Of a stretch of DNA of 64,000 nucleotides, positions 55,803 to 64,000 are shown piece after piece (the stretch's first letter is position 1; each line of letters opens with the position of its first letter). The stretch comes from an uncultured virus (IMG/VR IMGVR_UViG_3300018056_000001). Taxonomy: Duplodnaviria > Heunggongvirae > Uroviricota > Caudoviricetes. The stretch lies in IMG/VR virus record IMGVR_UViG_3300018056_000001, one strand, 5' to 3'. Under the pieces are notes generated by a model that did not search any database, was not told where the DNA came from, and saw nothing but the letters and a program-made list of their open reading frames with translations. The position numbers were made by a program, and so were the translations under genes.

Positions 55803-57509
55803 TTACCGCGCGAGATCGATGAAGGCACCATCTGCACTCTGTTGTACCACATGCCAGCCATTCTGAGCACGAGCAATGTAGCCGCGAGGGCGGACGGCGA
55901 CTGCCTGTCCCTCATGATCCCCGAGGCGTTGGTAGACGCGGAGCGCGTGCGCGTCGTCTAAGACAAGCGCCGAGTCCCCCAAGCCTGATCGAGTCGGACG
56001 CCAGCGCTGAGCCTCAGGCTTGAACCAACTGCGAGCATCCCCGACCGCTCGCGCACACTGATCCTGCCAGCTTCCTGATGGGGGGACAAGGGCTCGAATC
56101 CCGTAGTCACTGTGGAAGCACCAACCGCAGCCCGCGATCTCGCCGACGAGGGCGCCTTGGGCGAACCGATCGGGGGCATTGTCCCGCTTCCCCTCGATCA
56201 TTGCCTCCGCGCACCCGATCGGTTCCTCATGATAGACCGCGCCAGAGAGTCTCCACGCTTCCCACTGGTGCCGAACCCACTTGTATCCGTCCTCGTCGAG
56301 CGACCGATTCATGTGCAGGCTGATCAGATCGAGGGAGGGATCATAGGGAGGAATACTGTCGCCGTCGGAATCGGGCGGAGAGGCGCCTCGCGAGCGAAGA
56401 ATCCCTTGGGCATCCTCTAGGCTCTGGAACGGATCCATCCCGTTCTTCCATGGCTCGTTGGGGGAGAGGAGAGCCGCATTCCCATAGAGGGAGGCAACAG
56501 TAGAGACGGCGGCGAAGTACTGACGCTGCTCGGCGATCGAGGGGAGTAAGACTTGCGCGTCTCCCGCAGTGAGTTCTACATAGAGGCGTTCTTCGGCCGC
56601 GAGCTGCAGGAACTGTGCGAGCCAGGAGAGTCCTTCAGCAGGTGTGAGGGCTGGCAGGCCCTCAGCTCTTGGGATGTAGTGGATGAAGAGGAAGACACGG
56701 AGACAGTTTGACCCAGCCACGTCCCGCGCGTAGCGCATGAAGGGACGGAGATCGCCTCCCAAGCTGAAGCGGAGGAGTCCAAGGAAGCAATCATGTGATC
56801 GGAGCGGAACAGGCTCGTTGGCTTCATTCATCAAGCACCGACCCTCGACCCGAAGCCGGGTCGGGATCGGCAGGCTAGGGTTTACCCCACCTCCGTGCTT
56901 GGCTTGCCATTCCTCGGACTGCTGAATCGCATGGACGACGAGTCCTCGGGCATCGGCTTCCGAGACCCCACGATCCCGCGCGTTCAGGTAGGTGTCGAAG
57001 AGCCACGCGGCGATCCCTTCCCAGTCAGGATGATCGCCGATCCACAACCCTTCGGGACGTTGAAGTCCCTCCTGGGCTTGGTAGAAGCTGTGGAGCCACT
57101 GCCCCACGCGTTGGAACTCGTCTCGGTCGATCCGCATAGGTCCCTCCTGGGGAGAGCGATCTGAGATGCCTTTGATCCAGACGCCATCGTGCCTGAAGAT
57201 GGCCACCACTTGATATTGTTGGTCGTCCGGTTTCGTGAGATCGCCATCCCTGATACTGATCGTCAGCTCGCCGGCCCGACTGTCTGGGTTGTCGCGCGTG
57301 CGCTCGTCTTGTTTGCCGAAGATTCCGACCAGCCCGTCGATCTTCCGATCCACGCGCAGCCGGCCGAACGTGACGCCCCCCAGGTGTAATCCTAGAAGGG
57401 AGGCGAGAAAGAGTTGGGCTGGGTCCGCGACTGAGGAACAGACATGCAGTTCATTCCCCTCCGCCTCCATGAAGCCGTACGCCAGGGGCCACTCGAAGCG
57501 CACGGCCAT
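55803..57509 (-). CDS. Multidomain protein with C-terminal clan GH-A-like glycoside hydrolase barrel
   Basis: LRVEGR, NCLRVF, LYVELT, NEP (acid/base), HEEP (nucleophile), FHS. Confidence 0.5.
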   Translation of the reverse strand: MAVRFEWPLAYGFMEAEGNELHVCSSVADPAQLFLASLLGLHLGGVTFGRLRVDRKIDGLVGIFGKQDERTRDNPDSRAGELTISIRDGDLTKPDDQQYQVVAIFRHDGVWIKGISDRSPQEGPMRIDRDEFQRVGQWLHSFYQAQEGLQRPEGLWIGDHPDWEGIAAWLFDTYLNARDRGVSEADARGLVVHAIQQSEEWQAKHGGGVNPSLPIPTRLRVEGRCLMNEANEPVPLRSHDCFLGLLRFSLGGDLRPFMRYARDVAGSNCLRVFLFIHYIPRAEGLPALTPAEGLSWLAQFLQLAAEERLYVELTAGDAQVLLPSIAEQRQYFAAVSTVASLYGNAALLSPNEPWKNGMDPFQSLEDAQGILRSRGASPPDSDGDSIPPYDPSLDLISLHMNRSLDEDGYKWVRHQWEAWRLSGAVYHEEPIGCAEAMIEGKRDNAPDRFAQGALVGEIAGCGWCFHSDYGIRALVPPSGSWQDQCARAVGDARSWFKPEAQRWRPTRSGLGDSALVLDDAHALRVYQRLGDHEGQAVAVRPRGYIARAQNGWHVVQQSADGAFIDLAR

Positions 57510-57709
57510 TAGGATTCCTCGGTCGACAGATGCTTGTAGACCGCGTAGACGCTACATCCGATCGCGCAGACATGAAGGAGGGTCTCGGGGCGGTTGCGCC
57601 GTCGAAGGTTGTAGATGACACCCAAGGTATGAAGCGCCATCATCGCGCCGTGCACACACATCCCGAGGACGTGGATCTCGGGGAGCGGTCTCGTCTGCAC
57701 GATGATCAT
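57509..57709 (-). CDS. Small membrane protein
   Basis: Two hydrophobic segments; coupled. Confidence 0.45.
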   Translation of the reverse strand: MIIVQTRPLPEIHVLGMCVHGAMMALHTLGVIYNLRRRNRPETLLHVCAIGCSVYAVYKHLSTEES

Positions 57710-58089
57710 TGGAGATTCGTCACAGGATTCGCTTTCAGCCCCTCAATCAAGCCTCTGAGTCGCTGCACCTCCCCGTGGGACTCCAGGAGCTGTTGAGTCT
57801 GCCCGTCGGTCGCGATGCTGACCCCTCGCACCCCAGCCGCAACCAAGGCAGCAATCGTCGGCCCTGTGATCGAGCTGATCGCCACGATGGCCGCGATATT
57901 GTTGGGTTGGGTCACGATGATTGCAGCCTCGGCCACGAGGGTGACGACACAGAGGACGACGGCGGAGTTGGTATACAGCCTTGCCATGCGTGCAGATTTC
58001 GGAAGCGCGAGGACGGCTGCGCGACGTTCCGGGGGATAGCCGAGGGGTTCGACCGGTGGAGTGACGACTCCGTTCTCCTTCTCTACCAT
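57706..58089 (-). CDS. Holin-like membrane protein
   Basis: Two TM segments followed by a coiled tail. Confidence 0.45.
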   Translation of the reverse strand: MVEKENGVVTPPVEPLGYPPERRAAVLALPKSARMARLYTNSAVVLCVVTLVAEAAIIVTQPNNIAAIVAISSITGPTIAALVAAGVRGVSIATDGQTQQLLESHGEVQRLRGLIEGLKANPVTNLQ

Positions 58090-58106
58090 CAGGACCTTCC
58101 TTGAAA

Positions 58107-58880
58107 TTAGATGTCCTGCGAGTATGGCATGTTCTCTAGAGGAGCGCTATCAGACGTAGTCTCATTTTCAGGCTCAGCAGGGACAGAAATGGTTCGTCGG
58201 TTCCCATACAGGAGATCGGTGACCGCTTGCTGCATCTGTTCGAGCGAGCCGGGCGCGAGGGCACTGGGGTTGAGGGGTTGACTCCCGCCGAGGTTGAATT
58301 GTTGGAGGAGGGTTGGGGCATGCTTCGGGGGCTTGATGAGTTCCCCTAGCTCTAGCGCGAGTCGCTGTCTGTCGACTTCGGGAATGTGACGAATGATGCC
58401 CTTGCCGTTACAGACTTGACACTTCTGTGGGGAGGGATTCGGGTTCTTCTTGGTGGGCGCCGGCACCACTTGGGTTGTGCCATCGCAGGTCGGACAGGGT
58501 TCGTCATGGGGCGCGGCGCGTTTCATCACGTCTTCGACGATCTCCGGGAGCTTCGCGGTGATCTGTTGGCTCGCCAAGAGATGCGCCTTGAAGAAGAGGC
58601 CGTTCCTGAACGCTCTCAGGATATCGGTGAGGGAGATGGCTACCTGGGTGGCGAGGTAGCCGAGCGAATACTTGTCAAAGGTGGGGTCGAGAAGCATCTC
58701 GACCAGATCCTTGATTTCAGGAGTGGCATCAATCGAGAGGGACTTGATGAGTTCGGCTCGTCCTCCCAAGGCGGTCTCGAAGGCGTTGATGGGTTCGGCG
58801 GCGAGATCGAGAGCCTGCACGCCTTCATTGGTTACGAGGGCTGCGGGATTCAGGAGGGCGGGCGACTGGCGCTTCCTCAT
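58107..58880 (-). CDS. Putative terminase small subunit with DnaJ-type zinc finger
   Basis: Helical protein upstream of terL; CPTCDG and CQVCNGKG; function inferred from position. Confidence 0.4.
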   Translation of the reverse strand: MRKRQSPALLNPAALVTNEGVQALDLAAEPINAFETALGGRAELIKSLSIDATPEIKDLVEMLLDPTFDKYSLGYLATQVAISLTDILRAFRNGLFFKAHLLASQQITAKLPEIVEDVMKRAAPHDEPCPTCDGTTQVVPAPTKKNPNPSPQKCQVCNGKGIIRHIPEVDRQRLALELGELIKPPKHAPTLLQQFNLGGSQPLNPSALAPGSLEQMQQAVTDLLYGNRRTISVPAEPENETTSDSAPLENMPYSQDI

Positions 58881-58956
58881 CTGCGACACCCGAGCCAGAT
58901 CACGAAGAGTATCCAGACCACCGACGCGAGCAGGGCCACAAGATCCTGCTTCCCGA

Positions 58957-59298
58957 TCATAGGCCCGCTTCCTTCTCCTTCATGCGCTCATGGAGATCGG
59001 TCGTCGCCTCATCGGCCAAGTATCTCAGGACCTCGTCTTCGGTGGGTGCGATCCCCTGTTCCTCGGTGTAGCGCCCAATATAGTCCAAGACTTGGGCGGC
59101 TTCGACCTGATTCAGGAAGTCGATGGACGTGTGGTGCTGGAGATCCTCAGTGGGGGGCGGGATGGGCGCGAAATGATCGGCAAGGCGCGCGAGCAAGACA
59201 TTCTGGGCTGTGAGAGCCTCCCCAATTCTATCGAGCTGGCGCGAGACTCGACGGAACAGGAGTCCGAGCTGTAAGGTACGGAAGGGTCTGAAGGCCAT
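58957..59298 (-). CDS. Hypothetical protein
   Basis: 113-aa ORF in operon. Confidence 0.5.
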   Translation of the reverse strand: MAFRPFRTLQLGLLFRRVSRQLDRIGEALTAQNVLLARLADHFAPIPPPTEDLQHHTSIDFLNQVEAAQVLDYIGRYTEEQGIAPTEDEVLRYLADEATTDLHERMKEKEAGL

Positions 59299-59669
59299 CC
59301 TTATCTCTCTCGGGGATCTTCTCGGCCATGCTACCACACCTGGGGCAGCGGGTACGGGGTGCTGCACGGCATGGGACGCACTTCGGTGTAAATCTCAGCT
59401 TGCATCCCGTACACTGAAACATCCTAGAGATCCTTGGGATCCCGCACACCCAGGTACTGATGCCGCTTCATCCGTTCCCACAACGTCTCCCGATGCCAAT
59501 GAGGCGGAGGGATGAACGAATTCGGCGGAAGTTTCACCCGTGTCCCTCCCACGATCAGGATCGGGTCCATGGGCCGATTCGTGTACCCAGGGGGATTCCA
59601 CTGATTGTAGTGCTTCGCCATGCCCGAGGGTAGCGTATCTCCCCAGAAAAGTCTGTCAGCGTGCCTCTC

Positions 59670-59939
59670 TCATCCGTCCTCTGACACACGCTTCTTCGAG
59701 TATGTCGGTCGTGGGCGATAGGGCTGTCCAATGATGGTCCGTCGTTTCGCCCAGCGCGCATCATCCCATGCTTTGAGAGAATCCACACGAACAAGTCGTC
59801 GAGTCTCCACGAGGACGGTTTCCAGTTTCCCTCGCTGAATCCAATATTGGATCGTCCGCCGGCAGACTCCGACCGATCGGGCTGCCTCGTCGAGCGTGAG
59901 CGTCAGCCTCTGATCAGCTTCCCCAGACAATGGTGTCAA
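59670..59939 (-). CDS. MerR/excisionase-type HTH protein
   Basis: LTLDEAARSVGVCRRTIQYWIQRGKL; start uncertain. Confidence 0.65.
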   Translation of the reverse strand: MTPLSGEADQRLTLTLDEAARSVGVCRRTIQYWIQRGKLETVLVETRRLVRVDSLKAWDDARWAKRRTIIGQPYRPRPTYSKKRVSEDG

Positions 59940-60084
59940 TTTCGGTCACGAGCGTGATGGCTTCATGGGTATCCACCCCATGCCGCAGCACGGCATCCTT
60001 AATCGCGGCGAGTTTCTCCGCTCGCCCCGCGATTTTCTCCTTATCCTTCCCGGTGGGGTGATCCTTCTGATCGCGTGTGGCCAT
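59914..60084 (-). CDS. 56-aa protein ending DTIVWGS
   Basis: Manual translation MATRDQKDH...TEIDTIVWGS; AGGAGGAGG RBS; not in ORF track. Confidence 0.65.
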   Translation of the reverse strand: MATRDQKDHPTGKDKEKIAGRAEKLAAIKDAVLRHGVDTHEAITLVTEIDTIVWGS

Positions 60085-60140
60085 TGATCCGCCTCCTCCT
60101 ACAAGGAGTGTAGATCAGTCCGCTGGCCGGTGTCACGCCC

Positions 60141-60233
60141 CTAGCTTCCCCAGACCACATTGTCCGATTCCGCGTCACTCCCCCACACGATGTTGTCCCC
60201 CAACATTTCTAGGATCCAATAGAGCCAACTCAT
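60141..60233 (-). CDS. 30-aa peptide with two [IV]VWGS motifs
   Basis: Manual translation MSWLYWILEMLGDNIVWGSDAESDNVVWGS; AAGGAGG RBS; not in ORF track. Confidence 0.6.
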   Translation of the reverse strand: MSWLYWILEMLGDNIVWGSDAESDNVVWGS

Positions 60234-60313
60234 CTTCCCCTCCTTAGGACCGATTCGGGTCCTCTGTTCGGCCCGGAGGGGTTGCAAAAGGTGGACGAGA
60301 CTGACTCCACCAG

Positions 60314-60382
60314 CTTGTCAGACCCTTGTCAGACTTTCACACAAAAATTTTGGTGCCAAAAAATATTGCCAAAAAATATTGC
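60314..60382. repeat. Short direct repeats in divergent control region
   Basis: CTTGTCAGAC x2 (60314, 60325); TGCCAAAAAATAT x2 (60354, 60367). Confidence 0.7.
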
Positions 60383-60694
60383 TGAACCTGGTACTGCCGC
60401 CAGGGACCCAGCCGGCCGGCACCCTTCGGACAATGCCCCGGCATAAGGTGTGCCAACAAGACAGGCAAGACCCGTGCCACCTACCTTCGCTAGCCTAGTA
60501 GGCACAGGACAGGCGAAAGCCTACGAGATCATTAGCCATACTGACCAGTGTCTGATAATGGGCGTTATGTAAACCCACTACTAGCCTTTAGAATCAGTAG
60601 GTTACGCTATTTGGCTTGATTATGTTACCTGAAAGCGAGAATGAGGCGATCACTGGCGTGTACTCGGGTATCAACCCTCGTAATCGACTAAAAG

Positions 60695-60730
60695 TGTTAC
60701 CAATGGTAACAGGTGTTACGAAAGGTAACA
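60695..60730. promoter_or_regulatory. Two tandem palindromic operator-like sites TGTTAC-N5-GTAACA
   Basis: TGTTACCAATGGTAACA (60695) and TGTTACGAAAGGTAACA (60714); half site at 60623. Confidence 0.6.
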
Positions 60731-60801
60731 CACGCTGGAGGTCTACAAGACTGTGTCTCAGGAGACTTTCTCATACTCTCTAGTAGCTAATGAAATACCA
60801 C

Positions 60802-60831
60802 TTGACACCGATATATCGCCTGGAGTAACCT
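60802..60831 (+). promoter_or_regulatory. sigma70-like early promoter
   Basis: TTGACA-18 nt-TAACCT upstream of the rightward gene block. Confidence 0.5.
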
Positions 60832-60938
60832 TTGAGACTGGACGAAGGACTGATCGGTAGAGACAGAGGTAAACGGCAGACGAAGCGAGCGAACCATTCC
60901 GGTTCCTACTGGCTCCTGCCACAAGGGGGGACAGACCA

Positions 60939-61562
60939 ATGGCAAAGCGGAATACGGCACTGAGACTCGGGTTACTGGTGACAGCCAAGCGAGAGGCAGA
61001 CTACTTTCACGTCAGAGCGTCGATTGTCTCGATTGGACTGACGCCAAGCGAGATCCATAGGATCGATCATCCTTACTCAGGAGACGAAGCGTACAAGCCT
61101 GACGGCTCATTCAACAAGATCCGCAACATCGACGAGGCGAATGGTTGGCACTTCAACGATTTGACGGTGAACTCGCAAGGGGAGCATCGGGATTACTACG
61201 GCTCAACCGAGAACCGCCGGCTGTATGGCTGGGAAGTCCGGTACCAGGATGCAGGATCGGTGGATCTGTCCCGTGCGAAGTCCATGGCCGATACCCTGTC
61301 GAAGCTGGAGCGGAAACAAACGAAGCTATCAGACCAGTATGGATACCCGGCAACCTTCGGTGCCTACCTCGCGCGGGTTGCTGACGCATTGGGGATTCAG
61401 TCATTCGTGTTCGCACAGGATGACAGCCAAGGGCTGGGCTGGTCCTACGATGATGCGGACTGGACGATCGTCGACGTCAAGCAAGGGATCTACAAGGTAG
61501 ATGCGATCGTGGACACGTGGATCAAGGAAGGGAAACCGTCAGTAGAACACGTCGAGGCGTAA
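60939..61562 (+). CDS. Hypothetical early protein
   Basis: 207-aa ORF with G-rich RBS. Confidence 0.65.
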   Translation: MAKRNTALRLGLLVTAKREADYFHVRASIVSIGLTPSEIHRIDHPYSGDEAYKPDGSFNKIRNIDEANGWHFNDLTVNSQGEHRDYYGSTENRRLYGWEVRYQDAGSVDLSRAKSMADTLSKLERKQTKLSDQYGYPATFGAYLARVADALGIQSFVFAQDDSQGLGWSYDDADWTIVDVKQGIYKVDAIVDTWIKEGKPSVEHVEA

Positions 61563-61635
61563 CGGACAGCCAAGGATAGCGAGCAACAATCCCGTTGCTC
61601 CGGCCTATCCCCTGTCAACCAGAGGAGACACAACC

Positions 61636-62781
61636 ATGACACAGAACATGAATCAGGCAGCCAACCAGTACGCGAACCGGCCCAAGGATGAAAGGTTCGA
61701 CTCGATCGACGCCTTCATTGCCCATGCGAAGGAACAGCAGGACCTATCGGAGGAGCGATCCTACAACCTGAAAGATCTCCACGTAATCGTAGGGAATACC
61801 CTGAACACACCTACGTTCCAACCGACACCTGAACAGGCGACAGTCAAGCTACAATCGCCGAAGGGAACGGCTGACTTTACACACTGGTCCTTCGGGCAGC
61901 TGTGCCGAAGCCTTGGCGCGCCCGCTGGCTACCTGAGAACCCTTGATCCCAAGATCGCGGCCGATGCACTCAACTATGGGCTGGCGACGTCGACACTAGG
62001 GACCGCTGCCAACCTATTGGTCAAGGCTCCCAATGGCAACCCCTTCCCTGTGGTTCGTGCATGCACGTCAGAGACCTACGGCAGGCTGTACGACTATCCC
62101 TTGTACTCGGTGCTCAAGTCACAGGTGCTCGACAGAGGCAATTTCACGCTTCCCCCGGTGTGGGGCGGGGGAGTCGCAGGGGCGTACTCCGGGGACAGAG
62201 ACTCATTCCTGATCGCGACGAATGGCGGATCGATCGTCACAGACCCTACGCTGCACTCCGGTGGAGACTCAGGGGCGATGTATCGGGGATTGCTGATCAG
62301 GAACTCCGAGGTAGGAGCCTGCTCCGTCACGATCGATTGCATCCTGTACAGGTACATCTGTGGGAATCATATCCTGTGGGGGGCGGTGTACGATCAACGG
62401 TTCCGACGTCGTCATGTTGGCAAGAACGTCCTGCGGGACACGATCCGGGAGATCTCGCAGATTGCAGTCCGTTGGACGCAAGCGGGAACAGAGCGGGATA
62501 CCGCTATCATCCGGGGACTGATCGATCATGAAATTGCTCACACGAAGGAAGCCGTGATTGACGAACTCCGGGCGATCGACAAGACATTGACGAAGGAACA
62601 GGCGACAGCCGCGTATGAACTGTGTGAACGGACAGAAGCCGTCTCCCCGCGATCGTTTTGGGGCGCAGCACAAGGGCTGACTCGGTTGTCACAAGAGAGT
62701 CAGTACCAGAACGAACGGTTTGAACTGGATAGGGTTGCAGCTTTGATTCTCTCTCGTGGGGCAAAGCTGGTCGCAGCGTAG
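61636..62781 (+). CDS. DUF932-family phage/plasmid protein
   Basis: THWSFGQLC...APAGYLR, NSEVG, RYICGNH; AGGAG RBS. Confidence 0.7.
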   Translation: MTQNMNQAANQYANRPKDERFDSIDAFIAHAKEQQDLSEERSYNLKDLHVIVGNTLNTPTFQPTPEQATVKLQSPKGTADFTHWSFGQLCRSLGAPAGYLRTLDPKIAADALNYGLATSTLGTAANLLVKAPNGNPFPVVRACTSETYGRLYDYPLYSVLKSQVLDRGNFTLPPVWGGGVAGAYSGDRDSFLIATNGGSIVTDPTLHSGGDSGAMYRGLLIRNSEVGACSVTIDCILYRYICGNHILWGAVYDQRFRRRHVGKNVLRDTIREISQIAVRWTQAGTERDTAIIRGLIDHEIAHTKEAVIDELRAIDKTLTKEQATAAYELCERTEAVSPRSFWGAAQGLTRLSQESQYQNERFELDRVAALILSRGAKLVAA

Positions 62782-62867
62782 TAGTCCTATCCCGTACTAC
62801 TCCCCTAGAGCCGATAGACGGTTCTAGGGGATCGTAGGGGGTACGACACAACCATAAGGAGGGACGA

Positions 62868-63089
62868 ATGGCTGCAGGGATTCTTCCGAAGCCGGGGACG
62901 AAAGCGGGACCATGTACGAGGAAGTGTCAACACATCGATTGTGCGGACACTCGCGGGAGAGCACAGAGCACCTGTCTCTACTGTCGAAAGCCTGTTGGGT
63001 ACGGGGTACGGATCTATCGGCATGGGGATTACACAGTACACGCGATCTGTCACGAGCGAGCGGCGGAAGTCAACGCGATGTTGTTCTAG
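62868..63089 (+). CDS. Small Cys/His-rich protein
   Basis: AAGGAGG RBS; C..C.H.DC, CLYC, HAIC. Confidence 0.55.
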   Translation: MAAGILPKPGTKAGPCTRKCQHIDCADTRGRAQSTCLYCRKPVGYGVRIYRHGDYTVHAICHERAAEVNAMLF

Positions 63090-63175
63090 GGGGGATACCT
63101 CGGTAAGGGGCAGCTGACGATCGTGCAATCTAGGGCATCCTAGACAGGCGAATTCAGGGGATAAGGGGAGCAACC

Positions 63176-63580
63176 ATGAATGGAGCGATTCAGGAACTAT
63201 TGGAGCAGCTACCGACGATCGATCCGCAAGGGGAGGGGGAACCGACGGCCTACTATGGTCTCAGGCTCTTGACGTTTATCCTGCAGACAGGAATAACCGC
63301 TACCTTGTCTGACGATGATCTCAAGCTGGCGGACCATGCAGCCTTAACCGGGGTCCGGGGGAAGGATATCCTGCCGTTGGCTGTCGACAAGATTTCAGCC
63401 GTCAGACACACCATTGTACTAGTCCTGAAGTTCAGGGCGCACCTAGACCAGCTGGAGGCAGAGCCAATCGTGTCAACGGCTGGTCCAAGGCCGAGTACAG
63501 AACCGACAAGTACAGTACCAAGAGAACCGTTACCGATCGTCAATCCGCCATCTGGCGCCAAAGTGTCGATCGCATTCTGA
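63176..63580 (+). CDS. Hypothetical protein
   Basis: 134-aa ORF with GGGGAG RBS. Confidence 0.55.
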   Translation: MNGAIQELLEQLPTIDPQGEGEPTAYYGLRLLTFILQTGITATLSDDDLKLADHAALTGVRGKDILPLAVDKISAVRHTIVLVLKFRAHLDQLEAEPIVSTAGPRPSTEPTSTVPREPLPIVNPPSGAKVSIAF

Positions 63581-64000
63581 AGGAGGTATGAACATGGCAC
63601 CAGCCATCATGAGAACGGTAGAGGTACGAGCATGGCTGCGATCGCTTGGACTGGTCAGAGTACGGCTGCCCAAAGCTGGGGAAGGTCTTGTACGTGGATC
63701 AACCGGGGGGTGGAACGTGGAGGATTCAACAGGGCTTTGATCCTGGGATGTACCTGATTCGTCCGTACCTGGGGAAATCAACGTAAGTTAAAGGGACGGG
63801 AGTACCCGCATACGAGGGAAAAGGGGGGACATATGTTGATCAAGGGAACAGATCTGACGAAGCGTCAATGTGAGCAGGTTCTAGCGGCATTCATATACCG
63901 ACCCACGGTCGAGAATGCTCAACGGCGGAAAGTGGACTGCTGCAATTGTGCGAACATTGGGCACTGGCCCTACGTGACCGGGCAGGCACTTCCCGATGGA

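Noticed and set aside
59670..59939. Evidence of an integrated prophage via excisionase
   Set aside because: No integrase, att site or host genes are seen in the window; this HTH type is common in phages.

Overview
The window is most of a ~60% GC tailed-phage genome with a podovirus-like virion module, and it has three blocks. (1) The + strand at ~1.3-26.4 kb holds replication, recombination and modification genes: a PD-(D/E)XK nuclease, a Sak4-like ATPase, six glycosyltransferase-like genes, sugar and DNA methyltransferases, a macrodomain, a HAD phosphatase and a UDG-PolA fusion. (2) The - strand at ~26.3-60.2 kb holds morphogenesis genes: terminase, portal, scaffold, capsid, adaptors, tail and ejection proteins. 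(3) Early-type + strand genes start after a divergent control region at ~60.2-60.9 kb. No integrase or CRISPR array was seen. The best candidate for a new system is at 1659-3987: four tandem Y-RNA-like ncRNAs share a conserved ACTG/ACCT scaffold, at least three carry tRNA-like domains of different topology, and they sit directly upstream of a Ro60/TROVE-vWA gene and a coupled small partner gene. Other notable signals are a dispersed family of small proteins ending in [IV]VWG[SD], a run of tiny basic proteins ending in G-x-[KR]-R, a hydrophobic leader on the major capsid protein, His at PolA position 762, and dense GTAC clusters. All product calls come from motif recognition by eye; no database searches were run.
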